Assembly (NCBI RefSeq): GCF_000018305.1
Contig: NC_009954.1
Span: 1,650,001 to 1,682,000, forward strand
Direction of reading: 5' to 3'
From: Caldivirga maquilingensis IC-167
GTDB taxonomy: Archaea > Thermoproteota > Thermoprotei > Thermoproteales > Thermocladiaceae
Length of the DNA: 32,000 nucleotides
Shown here: positions 1 through 9,061 of the stretch, in pieces
Position numbering within the stretch: the stretch's first letter is position 1
Layout: every line of letters begins with the position of its first letter
Notes under the pieces: generated by a model
Seen by the model: the letters and a program-made list of their open reading frames with translations, nothing else
Told to the model about the DNA's origin: nothing
Database searches by the model: none
Translations under genes and position numbers: made by a program

Positions 1-963
1 CTAGGTCCTAGGGTTAGGGTGGTGGCTTCATTCTCAATGGATAAGCCCTTCACACCCAGTGAAATATGGGGGAATCAATTCACCATAGTGATCAGGGGCA
101 TTACTGGTGATGAATCAGTATTTAATTGTGTCATTGAGCAGGTCATGGAGAGGGGGTTACCATCATACTATGGTTACCAGAGGTTTGGTTTAAGGAGACC
201 TAACTCACATATAATAGGTAAATTAATCATAATGGGTGACTTCGAGAAGGCTGTCGAGGAATTGGTTGCTAAACCATACCCCTATGAGGATGATACCATT
301 AGGAAGGCTAGGGAATTAGCGGGAATGGGTGAGTACTCTAAGGCCCTTGAGTTACTACCAAGGAGCATTAGGTATCTTCCTGAGAGGCTTGTGCTTAAGC
401 AATTATTAATGGACCCGGGAAACTACATGAATGCTTTAAGTAAATTACCGGTGAATTTACTTAAACTATACGTTGAGGCTTATCAATCCTACCTCTTCAA
501 TAAGGCTTTAAGCGCCAGGATAGGGAGGGGTATTAGTATAAATAGGGCCGTTGATGGTGACTTAATAGTCCTCCTTGATGAACACGGGTTACCCACTGGT
601 AATGTTATTAAGGCTGAGGGTTCAATGGTTGATAAGGTTAATTCAATAATAAGTAAGGGTAGGGCAACGGTGGTTGGGCACCTTGTGGGTTACAGGAGTA
701 GGTTTAATAATGGTGTTCAGGGTGAGATTGAATTAAGCGTACTTAAGGCTGAGGGCATTGAGCCAAGTGACTTTAAGGTAAGTGGCATGCCTAAATTAGC
801 CACTGGGGGTGGTGTTAGGTGGCTCAGCATTAAGCCGATTATACACTCAATATCAGTAAATGGAAGCAACGCTAAATTAATCTTTAAACTACCTAAGGGT
901 AATTACGCAACAACCCTGCTTAGGGAATTCATTAAACCTAATAGGCCTGAATTAGATTTCTAG
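1..963 (+). CDS. truD: tRNA pseudouridine synthase TruD/Pus7 family, C-terminal part (5' end outside window)
   Basis: The frame is open from nt 1, with no stop before the track start at nt 19. It carries the TruD-family signature YYGYQRFG and the C-terminal [10 protein letters not shown] block. The N-terminal catalytic Asp motif is absent, consistent with truncation at the window edge. Confidence 0.8.
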   Translation, partial: LGPRVRVVASFSMDKPFTPSEIWGNQFTIVIRGITGDESVFNCVIEQVMERGLPSYYGYQRFGLRRPNSHIIGKLIIMGDFEKAVEELVAKPYPYEDDTIRKARELAGMGEYSKALELLPRSIRYLPERLVLKQLLMDPGNYMNALSKLPVNLLKLYVEAYQSYLFNKALSARIGRGISINRAVDGDLIVLLDEHGLPTGNVIKAEGSMVDKVNSIISKGRATVVGHLVGYRSRFNNGVQGEIELSVLKAEGIEPSDFKVSGMPKLATGGGVRWLSIKPIIHSISVNGSNAKLIFKLPKGNYATTLLREFIKPNRPELDF

Positions 964-1820
964 ACGCAGGCATTTTTAAGCGTCTCCTGGCACTTAAGGT
1001 GAACATCCTTAGGTATCCTAGGTATTACCTCAGTCATAACCCTCTTAGCTAAATCAAGCTTCTCACCCATGGTCTTCTCCACAAGCTCAGCGGTAACTGG
1101 CTGGTGGGGGACCCATATATCGTAGTCAGTTATTACGGCTAATAAGGCGTAACACATGCCTAATTCCCTAGCCAGATTAACCTCAGGTACAAGGGTCATG
1201 CCTATTATATCGCATCCATAAACATCCCTCCATATTCTCGACTCAGCCTTAGTACTGAACCTCGGCCCCTCAATGCATACGTAGCATCCTGAATCATGGG
1301 TCTTATTATACTTTGAAGCAGACTCAATGATTAGTCTCCTTAAATCATTACTGAATGGTTCAAGGCCTATTTGAACATGACAAACCCTGGGTCCATCATA
1401 GAACGTGTACTCCCTGTTCTTAGTCATGTCCACGAATTGGTCAGGAACCACGAAGTCACCTGGTGCGTAATCCTGCCTTAAACTACCCACGGCACTTATA
1501 GATAATATAACCCTAGCCCCCAGGGCCTTAAGAGCCCATATATTAGCCCTATAGGGTATTTTATGAGGTGGGTACCTATGCCCACGACCATGCCTAGGCA
1601 GGAAGGCAACCCACTCACCCTTAACTCTACCTATTATCACATTATCACTGGGTAAGCCATATGGGGTATGCAACTGAACCTCCACAGGCTCCTCAAATAT
1701 ACCTGGGTCATATAGCCCTGAACCACCTATTACCGCAACGTAGGGTTTACCTACACCAAGCTCACTCTCACTAACTTCACCTGAGGATATGCCTTCACCA
1801 GATATCTTAATTAGCCTCAT
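960..1820 (-). CDS. mtnP: S-methyl-5'-thioadenosine phosphorylase (PNP/MTAP family)
   Basis: 286-aa ORF with [10 protein letters not shown], then [28 protein letters not shown] and SAVGSL blocks typical of MTAP-type nucleoside phosphorylases. An A/T-rich box lies about 25 nt upstream of the ATG at 1820. Confidence 0.85.
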   Translation of the reverse strand: MRLIKISGEGISSGEVSESELGVGKPYVAVIGGSGLYDPGIFEEPVEVQLHTPYGLPSDNVIIGRVKGEWVAFLPRHGRGHRYPPHKIPYRANIWALKALGARVILSISAVGSLRQDYAPGDFVVPDQFVDMTKNREYTFYDGPRVCHVQIGLEPFSNDLRRLIIESASKYNKTHDSGCYVCIEGPRFSTKAESRIWRDVYGCDIIGMTLVPEVNLARELGMCYALLAVITDYDIWVPHQPVTAELVEKTMGEKLDLAKRVMTEVIPRIPKDVHLKCQETLKNACV

Positions 1821-1856
1821 TACTCAATGTTTACTGTTAAGGTTTTAAGTATTACT

Positions 1857-2702
1857 TCAAGTTATTGGGTATGCTTGTTCTAGTTGTTTTTGGTCTTCTT
1901 GGTTTATTCTCCATCCTAATGCCCCTAGGTTCTCCCTTAAATGCTCCTCCCTTGTTGCCTTTGGTATCGCCACTGTGTTTGGTTTGCTTATTAACCAGTT
2001 TAACGCCACTTGTGCCGGTGTTTTACCGTACTTATCGGCTATGGTCTTTAACACACTGTAGCCTGGGTTACTTGGGTTTAGTAGGTTACCGGTGCCCAGT
2101 GGGCTGTAGGCTATTATGGCTATATTCTCCTTAACGGCTATTGGCATTAAATCCCTCTCAATGAACCTATCCGTTAAATTATACTTAACCTCATCAGCAA
2201 CAATCTCATACTTCTTAGCAGCACTCATAGCCTCCATTAAGGCGGTTGAATCAAAATTACTAACACCCATGAACCTAATTAAACCATCATCAATAAGCCT
2301 CTCAAAAGCCCTAATAGTCTCAGCAATAGGCACCTCACGACTAGGCCAGTGGAGGAGGTATAGGTCAATGAAAGTACCAAGCCTACCAACACTAGCCCTA
2401 GCACTCCTCAAAACATCATTAAAAGAAGCATGAGTAGGCCAAACCTTACTAATAATAAACAAATCATCACGAGAAAAACCAGAAACAGCACTACCAATAA
2501 TCTCCTCAGAGCATCCTCCACCGTACATTTCAGCAGTATCAAACATCCTGTAGCCTAATTCAATAGCTCGCCTTATGAGTGCAACCCACTCGGCTTTACG
2601 TGAGCAATCTGGGGTCCAGTAGCCTCCCCCGATTCCCCATGTTCCAAGTCCTATTACAGGCATTTTTAAATCACCCCTAAAGGTCTTATACTCCATTTCC
2701 AT
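1857..2702 (-). CDS. aldo/keto reductase (paralogue 1)
   Basis: 281 aa. It has IGLGTWGIGG, FDTAEMYGGG, IDLYLLHWP, GVSNF and IPKATREEHLRENL blocks typical of the AKR superfamily. It aligns along its full length with the ORF at 24016-24861. Confidence 0.85.
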   Translation of the reverse strand: MEMEYKTFRGDLKMPVIGLGTWGIGGGYWTPDCSRKAEWVALIRRAIELGYRMFDTAEMYGGGCSEEIIGSAVSGFSRDDLFIISKVWPTHASFNDVLRSARASVGRLGTFIDLYLLHWPSREVPIAETIRAFERLIDDGLIRFMGVSNFDSTALMEAMSAAKKYEIVADEVKYNLTDRFIERDLMPIAVKENIAIIAYSPLGTGNLLNPSNPGYSVLKTIADKYGKTPAQVALNWLISKPNTVAIPKATREEHLRENLGALGWRINQEDQKQLEQAYPIT

Positions 2703-2820
2703 GCTTATCGGTTCGGTAATTGGCTTAATAACACTTACCGTTACTTAACCTCCAGTGGAACAGTTTACTATTGGCATATGATAATCTTTACATTAATCAT
2801 AGATATTATACTTATGTAAA

Positions 2821-3702
2821 CTACTGAGGCTTAACCTCGTATTTACCATCAGGGTAAACCACAGCCCTGGCCCTCCTTGTCGCCCAACATGAGAAAACTA
2901 TACCTACGGCGAAGGTGGCTGGGTGCCTATAAGCGTACTCAATGTGAACGTCAAGCGCTGTAACAACACCCCCCGTACCGTGGGCGCCAATACCTAGTTT
3001 ATTAACGGCGCTTAGTAGGGCATCCTCCAGTTTAGCTACTTCAGGATTACTATTCCTTGAACCAACCGGCCTTAATACAGCAGCCTTCTTAGCTAACTTA
3101 GCCGCCACATCCATTGATGGACCAATCCCAACCCCAACTATCACTGGTGGGCAGGGCATGGGTCCAGCATCAACCACTGCGTCAAGGACAAGCCTAGGTA
3201 ACTTCTCCCATGCATTACCAGGTGGTATTACAAAAGCCTTACTGGGTAATTCAGTACCACCACCCTTGGGTGTGTATATCATTTCAAGGTAATTACCGTC
3301 AAAGAGCTCAACATCAAAGACCGGTACACCTAAGCCAGTGTTATCACCACTATTCCTCTCACTAACTGGGTCAACTGTATTAGACCTAAGTGGTAACTCC
3401 TTAGTAACCTCCCTAACAGCCTCAGTAAGTATCTTAAATAATCCACTCCTAATTGGGAACCCATCACCAAGCCTTATGAAGAACGTGGGGACACCGGTAT
3501 CCTGGCATACGGCTGCATTATACTTCTCCGCTAGGTTAATGTTCTCTAATATTGCATTTAACTGAACCTTACTTGGTTCATGAACCTCAATGTTAAGTGA
3601 ATTCTTAATGGCGTTCTTAACGTCGAGGGCCGGGGAGACGCTTGCCATTTTAACTATAGTCTTAGCAGCCTCCTTAATGGAGTCCTCTAATTTACCCTGC
3701 AT
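2821..3702 (-). CDS. Fe-S hydro-lyase, tartrate/fumarate family, alpha (catalytic N-terminal) subunit; class I fumarate hydratase-like
   Basis: 293 aa with the CQDTGVP motif followed by YTPKGGGTE and GVGIGP blocks, characteristic of class I fumarase / L-tartrate dehydratase alpha subunits. Confidence 0.75.
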   Translation of the reverse strand: MQGKLEDSIKEAAKTIVKMASVSPALDVKNAIKNSLNIEVHEPSKVQLNAILENINLAEKYNAAVCQDTGVPTFFIRLGDGFPIRSGLFKILTEAVREVTKELPLRSNTVDPVSERNSGDNTGLGVPVFDVELFDGNYLEMIYTPKGGGTELPSKAFVIPPGNAWEKLPRLVLDAVVDAGPMPCPPVIVGVGIGPSMDVAAKLAKKAAVLRPVGSRNSNPEVAKLEDALLSAVNKLGIGAHGTGGVVTALDVHIEYAYRHPATFAVGIVFSCWATRRARAVVYPDGKYEVKPQ

Positions 3703-3832
3703 AATGCATTATGTTTACCTAGTGTTAATAAGGATTTCCTTATTGACAATCACTTAAGTTATAGTGAAACCATGGTAAGTGTTTAATCAGCCTCATATCC
3801 TTAAGCATTAATTAAGCTGACTATGTATGCCT

Positions 3833-4264
3833 CTAAATATCCACTACGAACTGCACCTTGAATTCCCCATTAATCCTTTCGATACTCATCATGTTGTAGG
3901 TCATTGCCTTAACAATAGTACCCTTGAAGCCATGCTTCCCCACATCATAATGCTCCCCCATTAATATCGCCTTAATTTTAGGCTTATCTTCATTAAGTTC
4001 ACTAATAATTATGTTGCCAATAGCCATCTTTCTACCGTCAAACCAGTAAATAACCTCATCTATCCAATTAAAGAGTAATTGCTCTAAGTCATCACCGTAA
4101 ACCTCCACATCAACCTTATCAATGGGATTAACCCTCGATGTATCATACATAATGTTCAAGACCCCTAGGGCAGCGTTCTTAAAGGCCTCAGGCAGGGATT
4201 GACCATACGCTATGACGAGTATATCCGCCGTATGGTCACCGTACTCAAACGCAGGATGCTTCAT
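3833..4264 (-). CDS. archease
   Basis: 143 aa. The N-terminal FEYGDHTADILV and C-terminal GTIVKAMTYNMMSIE blocks match the archease family (HTAD ... VKAxTYh). Confidence 0.8.
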   Translation of the reverse strand: MKHPAFEYGDHTADILVIAYGQSLPEAFKNAALGVLNIMYDTSRVNPIDKVDVEVYGDDLEQLLFNWIDEVIYWFDGRKMAIGNIIISELNEDKPKIKAILMGEHYDVGKHGFKGTIVKAMTYNMMSIERINGEFKVQFVVDI

Positions 4265-4308
4265 TAAGCTATGTGATTGAAGCGAGCTTAAAATACTTTA
4301 ATCCATGC

Positions 4309-4641
4309 CTAGAAAGTTAAGACCTGGTACCCATTATTAACATAGTAAGCTAACCTCTCCCCCGCAGGTTTTAAGTCCAGTTTAAGCTTTAGTAGGCTTG
4401 AATCAATACCCTTACCCTTAGCGTAGTTCACGCAGGCGGAATCAACACTACCGCTCTTAAGTAAGGCGTCGAAATCATCCTTAGCCTGTCCCTCAAGGTT
4501 AAGGAGCCTTTCCTGGCTTGGACCAAAGAATATTACCTTCAAGTCCTCAAACCGCTTATTAGCCACCGAGGCTGCAGCCATCCTTAATGCTAGGTCCATT
4601 TTCTGATCCCCACTCATTATTAGGAATAAGACCTTAACCAT
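4309..4641 (-). CDS. DsrE-family protein (COG2044-like, ~110 aa)
   Basis: The track ORF (163 aa) starts at 4800, but its first 53 codons are basic and low-complexity and cover an A/T-rich promoter-like stretch. The internal ATG at 4641 gives MVKVLFLIMSGD..., a typical DsrE-like N-terminus and length, ending in ...GYQVLTF. The TTTAAG box sits about 27-30 nt upstream of this ATG. Confidence 0.5.
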   Translation of the reverse strand: MVKVLFLIMSGDQKMDLALRMAAASVANKRFEDLKVIFFGPSQERLLNLEGQAKDDFDALLKSGSVDSACVNYAKGKGIDSSLLKLKLDLKPAGERLAYYVNNGYQVLTF

Positions 4642-4803
4642 GTTTCTCACCCTTATTTTAAACAACTTAAATACCCTTCTCTTAAGTGAATAAATCCTGA
4701 AATTAACTTTTAAAACATGTCCCACTGGATTACAGTGGTGATGAGACTTCACCCCACGTGAAGCCATGATGAGTAACTCCAATCCTGATAATGCACTCAC
4801 TAA

Positions 4804-5103
4804 TCATTTAGAGGCTAGGAAACCAATTATGAAACCCACTAGGAATATTATTATCATTATTGGTCCTAAACTAAGTAGTAACGCCGAGAGGAATGCAGCA
4901 GTCCCTATGGAGAATCCTATCACCTTAACTAACGCTGATATACCGCTTGGTGACACTATGCCAAGTAGCATTATGAATAATACCACCACTGCTATTACTA
5001 TGGCTGCTACAATTAATTTCCTCACAAGGAATCCAGCAATGAGACCTATTACGAATACTATTAATACTGATACCGCTGCATTAAGTAGTGAAACTCCAAT
5101 CAT
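4804..5103 (-). CDS. small integral membrane protein (about 3 TM helices), unknown function
   Basis: 99-aa ORF that is almost entirely hydrophobic helices with short polar loops. It is on the same strand as its neighbours. The fully overlapping plus-strand ORF 4766-5110 is Thr/Asn/Pro-rich low complexity, typical of an antisense shadow. Confidence 0.5.
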   Translation of the reverse strand: MIGVSLLNAAVSVLIVFVIGLIAGFLVRKLIVAAIVIAVVVLFIMLLGIVSPSGISALVKVIGFSIGTAAFLSALLLSLGPIMIIIFLVGFIIGFLASK

Positions 5104-5170
5104 TACTTAACCTAGTGTATATGCATTTATAAGCGTTTCCACGGTAGAATTAATATTAATGCAGTTAATC

Positions 5171-6307
5171 CTAATCTTTAGTTGTTATTAGCATAAACTT
5201 AAGTGTCTTATTAAATGACACCGCATTACTCATGGTTACTTCAATATTAGGGTTAGGTACACATACTAGTGTTAATGAATCATAGGTTAACGTTAACCTA
5301 ATAGAGTTCCTAAACCTGTGAAAGCTTAATACTTGACATAACCTAGCCATTAATGTTAAGTTACCTGGCTTAACATCATAGGTAATTAACTTCTCTCTAC
5401 CTAATCCTCCAATTATTGTCATTAACCTGGACTTAACCTCATTGATATAGGCCTTAACCCTATCTGCAGCCTCATTAAACTTACCCATTATTATACTGTT
5501 AAGTAGCTTAAAGTCTATTAAAGGTACTTGAAGCCCATCATCCCTAGTCACTGAATTCCATAGGAGGGATTCAATTGTAAGGTAGGCTAATGCTGCATTT
5601 AAATTCGCAACATAGGGGGTATTCATGAGTAGGTAATCAACGTATGAACCCATGAAACCTCTCCTTAAATTAACATTAACTAAGGACTCCATTAACCCCT
5701 CAGGACTCTTTAAATCAAGTTCCCTCTCATCAAGGATTATTGGCCATAGGCTTAATGAAAGGGAATCAGCAGGGTCATTACTTAGGTTAAGCGGTAGTGG
5801 GGAGTCCTTAACCTTAATTAAACCATCATTAATCATTGCGCTTAATAAATCCACAGTACCTGGACCATACTCATCAATTGCTAAGCCAACCATGTATATT
5901 AAGTACAGTATCCTCGATGTCCTAGGCCAATTACTTAATGGTCCTATTAAGGTTGGGTCAATTAACTGCATTGACTGCGACTCCGCAACATGATTCATGC
6001 TTATTATATTACCCCCCTGAGGCGCCTGCTGGGTATTATTCTCAAGGCCTATTAACACTGCTGATTCATAGCTCTGGGTTAATTTAATGACCCTATTCTC
6101 ATTAATTGAACCAGCGAAGGTTAAGTGGGTTTCTAAACCAAGATTATACCTAATTAGGAGTATTGCTAAGGCTAGTATTACGTTGTAGGTTAATGGAGAG
6201 GTTACAATAAGCAGTGGTTTATCCATCCTAATTATTGGTTCAATAACGGCTAAACTCCTATAATTCCTCACAACAGTAATTCGTAAGAACCCTTTTAATA
6301 CACTCAC
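5171..6307 (-). CDS. hypothetical protein; possible degenerate DHH-fold (RecJdbh/Cdc45-like) protein
   Basis: 378-aa ORF with a GTG start at 6307 (alternative ATG at 6226 giving MDKPLLIV...). There is no TM segment or signal peptide. The N-terminal pattern LLIVTSPLTYNVILALAILL...ESAVLIGLENN resembles DHH motifs I-III with the acidic/His residues replaced. The family assignment is weak. Confidence 0.6.
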   Translation of the reverse strand: MSVLKGFLRITVVRNYRSLAVIEPIIRMDKPLLIVTSPLTYNVILALAILLIRYNLGLETHLTFAGSINENRVIKLTQSYESAVLIGLENNTQQAPQGGNIISMNHVAESQSMQLIDPTLIGPLSNWPRTSRILYLIYMVGLAIDEYGPGTVDLLSAMINDGLIKVKDSPLPLNLSNDPADSLSLSLWPIILDERELDLKSPEGLMESLVNVNLRRGFMGSYVDYLLMNTPYVANLNAALAYLTIESLLWNSVTRDDGLQVPLIDFKLLNSIIMGKFNEAADRVKAYINEVKSRLMTIIGGLGREKLITYDVKPGNLTLMARLCQVLSFHRFRNSIRLTLTYDSLTLVCVPNPNIEVTMSNAVSFNKTLKFMLITTKD

Positions 6308-6393
6308 TCACGCTACGTAATAACTTAATTACCATGAAGCCCTCAGGGTGAAGTCCGCGGTAACTACATAAACCCTGAACCCTAGCCTTAACA

Positions 6394-7311
6394 ATGCTGC
6401 ATGTTCATGAACCAGTTAACCCAATGTTCGGCGTCAGTAAGGGTAACGGTAGAATAATGATGCTTGGAGTACCCATGGAGGATACGTTGAGTTTCAAACC
6501 TGGGACAAGGTTTGCCCCCATGGTTCTGAGGCAGGTGACGCCTTACCTTGAGGCAACCCCAACGGAGTGGCTTGGGTATGAGCCTTTAAGTGAATTAAAT
6601 GACTTAGGTGATGTTAGTCTTCATCAGGGTGATGTTGAGTTTAACCTAAGTAGAATAAGGAGTATTACAAGTGAATTACTTGGTAAAGGACTCTTAATTA
6701 ATATAGGTGGGGAGCACACAATATCACTAGCTGTAGCTAGGGCTATTAGAGATAAGTTCAATGAACTGGGAGTCTTCATTCAATTCGACGCTCACCTAGA
6801 CCTCAGGGGCGAGTGGCCTATGGGCCAGGGGTTAAGTCACGCAACCTTTGCCAGGATACTGAACAATGAGGTTAAGCCAAGTCTTTACGTTAATCTAGGC
6901 TTCAGGGGATTTGATGAAGAAGAGTTAAGCTATGCTAGGGGGTTAAATAGCGTGCTACTAGACTCAGTGGAGTTATCGGCAGTAAGCTATACTCAATTAC
7001 GTGACTTGCTTAGGATCATTAATGATACCCATGGTCCAATTCACCTATCAATAGACATTGATGTATTCGACCCATCAGTAGCCCCAGGCGTGGGTAATCC
7101 AGAGGCAGGGGGTGTGGGTTACATGACTATTTATAAAGCCCTTGAAGTCGCAATGCCACTAATTGCTGAGAGACTAGTGGCTATTGATATTGTTGAGTAT
7201 TCACCACCCAATGATGTAAGCAATATAACTGCATCACTTGTTGCTAAACTCATAGTTGACTTAATGAACCTTTACCTATGGGGTATTAATTGTAGGCGGG
7301 TTAGAAGTTAA
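6394..7311 (+). CDS. speB: agmatinase (ureohydrolase/arginase family)
   Basis: 305 aa with the Mn-binding signatures GGEHTIS, FDAHLDLR and SIDIDVFDPSVAPGVGNPEAGG. Confidence 0.8.
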   Translation: MLHVHEPVNPMFGVSKGNGRIMMLGVPMEDTLSFKPGTRFAPMVLRQVTPYLEATPTEWLGYEPLSELNDLGDVSLHQGDVEFNLSRIRSITSELLGKGLLINIGGEHTISLAVARAIRDKFNELGVFIQFDAHLDLRGEWPMGQGLSHATFARILNNEVKPSLYVNLGFRGFDEEELSYARGLNSVLLDSVELSAVSYTQLRDLLRIINDTHGPIHLSIDIDVFDPSVAPGVGNPEAGGVGYMTIYKALEVAMPLIAERLVAIDIVEYSPPNDVSNITASLVAKLIVDLMNLYLWGINCRRVRS

Positions 7312-7747
7312 TTTCCCCAAAGCCGCTTAAGTCACTTGTGGCCTTCTCCGATAAAACATCATTACTAACCCATATACTGTACCTTAATTTAACTGTGTAA
7401 ACCAATGCACCGGATTCCTCTGTTGGTGTTAATGGTATTTCCCCATTAATGTCAGCATGACCCTTCTCAACACCATTCTTAAGTAGACTCCACTTCATTG
7501 AGACAATTAACTTATCCCCACTCCGCTCAACACTCCACTTCCTCTCCCCGGGTTGTAAATCATAGGTGTTTGAATACTCCTTAACCATATTAGTGAATGA
7601 ACCCCCCTCACCAAGTGGTTGAGTTAAACCAGCCTCCCTAGGCCACCTCTCCAGTCTCCTTAACCTAGCCTCCTCTGGGGTATCTTTACTGAACCTTACA
7701 GGTACCTCAACCTCAGTTTCGTAAACCACCGTGTAGTCTGATGACAT
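7301..7747 (-). CDS. hypothetical protein
   Basis: 148-aa ORF with normal soluble-protein composition and no motif I recognise. Its 3' end overlaps the agmatinase gene by 11 nt. Confidence 0.55.
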   Translation of the reverse strand: MSSDYTVVYETEVEVPVRFSKDTPEEARLRRLERWPREAGLTQPLGEGGSFTNMVKEYSNTYDLQPGERKWSVERSGDKLIVSMKWSLLKNGVEKGHADINGEIPLTPTEESGALVYTVKLRYSIWVSNDVLSEKATSDLSGFGEINF

Positions 7748-7834
7748 AGCTGCTGTGCTTAAGCTGGGTTAATTAATATTTCACTGCTTAACCTTGGGAA
7801 AGTTTTAAATAGGGGTTAATGAACTTAGGATTAT

Positions 7835-8122
7835 ATGATGATTAACATAGTTGATGTATTAGTAGTAAGCATCCTGGCTGCATTCATACTTGCGGTAGTG
7901 GGTGTGGTACTTATGATACTGGATTCATCAAGGAGCAGTAAAGAGAGTGAGGAGAGTGAGGATAGTAAGGGGGAGAGGAAGTATGGTGGTGTTGTTGTCA
8001 TAGGGCCAATACCAGTAATCTTCGGTAATGATTCATCAATAATCAAGTGGGCTATTGCATTAACAATAGTAGTCGTAATAGTATTCATACTATTAGTAGT
8101 AATACCGCTCATTGGTGTTTAA
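7835..8122 (+). CDS. DUF131/TIGR00304-type small membrane protein (copy 1)
   Basis: 95 aa with the architecture TM helix, acidic/Ser-rich linker, GGVVVIGPIPVIFGND motif, TM helix. This is what I recall for archaeal DUF131. Confidence 0.65.
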   Translation: MMINIVDVLVVSILAAFILAVVGVVLMILDSSRSSKESEESEDSKGERKYGGVVVIGPIPVIFGNDSSIIKWAIALTIVVVIVFILLVVIPLIGV

Positions 8123-8123
8123 C

Positions 8124-8399
8124 ATGAGGCTTTACCAGGTTGGATTAATACTGATAATAATCGCCGTATTAATACCATTACTGGCAGTAATCTTACTAGC
8201 TTTAACCGCTCCATCAACCGGAGTAACGTGGGGTGGGGCTGTGTTAGTCTTCCCGATACCAGTAGCCATAGTGATCGGGAATAAGCCCTCAATTATAACG
8301 GCATTATCATGGGTAATGGTCGTAGTATTCATAGCCATGATCATAATTTACATTATTACCCTACTCTACCACAGGAGGTTAAGCCAATCAAGCGTTTAG
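8124..8399 (+). CDS. DUF131/TIGR00304-type small membrane protein (copy 2)
   Basis: The ATG at 8124 lies 1 nt after the stop of copy 1 (the track starts it at TTG 8112). It has the same architecture, with WGGAVLVFPIPVAIVIGNKPS between two TM helices. Confidence 0.6.
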   Translation: MRLYQVGLILIIIAVLIPLLAVILLALTAPSTGVTWGGAVLVFPIPVAIVIGNKPSIITALSWVMVVVFIAMIIIYIITLLYHRRLSQSSV

Positions 8400-8900
8400 C
8401 TCCATTATTACTAGTCTTCTTCCATCCTGACCGGGCAATATGACTGTTATCTTATAGGAGTCACCGAACATTATGGCTGAAACATCATCACCCAGGTGAA
8501 CCTCCCCATCAATACTATGAATCACGCATGATTCGCAATTCCTAGCCTCCTCGATTATCCCCCTTACGATACTGGGGATATTACCGCCATCTGCGTTTAA
8601 CGCAACCATGAGTTCCCCATGGTCACCATGGGAGTGGTAATCAGCGTTAGCATTATACTCACTGTATTCATTCTTTATTGCATCAACAAGTTTACTTAAA
8701 TCCTCTGCGAATTCAGGTGGAGCCATGTGTTTATGCTCCTCAGTCTCCTCTTCCTCATTTTCACTATTCTCCTCACTGATCGGTACCATAACCATGTTTA
8801 ATACTAATTCAAGCTTCTCAGATTCCCCAATTCTCTTAAGTTCATTCTCAAGCCTCTTCCATTCCTCCAAGCCAAGCTTTATTTGCTTGAAATTAAACAC
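8388..8900 (-). CDS. hypothetical acidic protein
   Basis: 170-aa ORF with a helical N-terminus, a poly-acidic tract (SEENSENEEEETEE) and a His/Asp-rich C-terminal half (HSHGDHGE). I recognise no family. Confidence 0.5.
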   Translation of the reverse strand: MFNFKQIKLGLEEWKRLENELKRIGESEKLELVLNMVMVPISEENSENEEEETEEHKHMAPPEFAEDLSKLVDAIKNEYSEYNANADYHSHGDHGELMVALNADGGNIPSIVRGIIEEARNCESCVIHSIDGEVHLGDDVSAIMFGDSYKITVILPGQDGRRLVIMELNA

Positions 8901-9029
8901 AGGTGAGTCTTAAGTTGGGGAATTTATTAAACTTCCCACTCATCTCATAATTAATCAGCCTAATCTCACGGCCATTACTTCACGTGCCTTAAGGTAATTC
9001 TAAGCATATTGAAGACATTTTGAAAAACA

Positions 9030-9037
9030 TTTATTAA
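9030..9037 (+). promoter_or_regulatory. TATA-like box (TTTATTAA) upstream of the S53 protease gene
   Basis: A/T box centred about 28 nt upstream of the ATG at 9062. This spacing is expected for an archaeal leaderless transcript. Confidence 0.35.
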
Positions 9038-9061
9038 GTACTTAAGTGCACGTAATTCCCT

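Noticed and set aside
1865-2433. Plus-strand ORFs 1865-2134 and 2116-2433
   Set aside because: They lie entirely antisense to the well-supported AKR gene. The products are Leu/Ser/Pro-rich low complexity and look like shadow ORFs.
3338-3565. Plus-strand ORF of 75 aa
   Set aside because: It is antisense to the fumarase-type alpha subunit gene and has no motifs.
4642-4800. 53-codon N-terminal extension of the DsrE-like ORF
   Set aside because: The extension is basic and low-complexity and covers the A/T-rich promoter-like region. The family-typical N-terminus begins at the ATG at 4641.
4766-5110. Plus-strand 114-aa ORF
   Set aside because: It is an almost perfect antisense partner of the 99-aa membrane-protein ORF. 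It is Thr/Asn/Pro-rich, the usual signature of the complement of a hydrophobic gene.
5652-5993. Plus-strand 113-aa ORF
   Set aside because: It lies antisense inside the 378-aa ORF and has Ser/Leu-rich low complexity.
7831-8344. Minus-strand ORFs 7831-8112 and 8132-8344
   Set aside because: They are antisense shadows of the two DUF131 membrane-protein genes, which carry a recognisable family motif.
8725-8913. Plus-strand 62-aa Ser-rich ORF
   Set aside because: It is antisense to the poly-acidic tract of the 170-aa ORF, so the complement of GAA/GAG runs gives the Ser/Phe/Leu runs.
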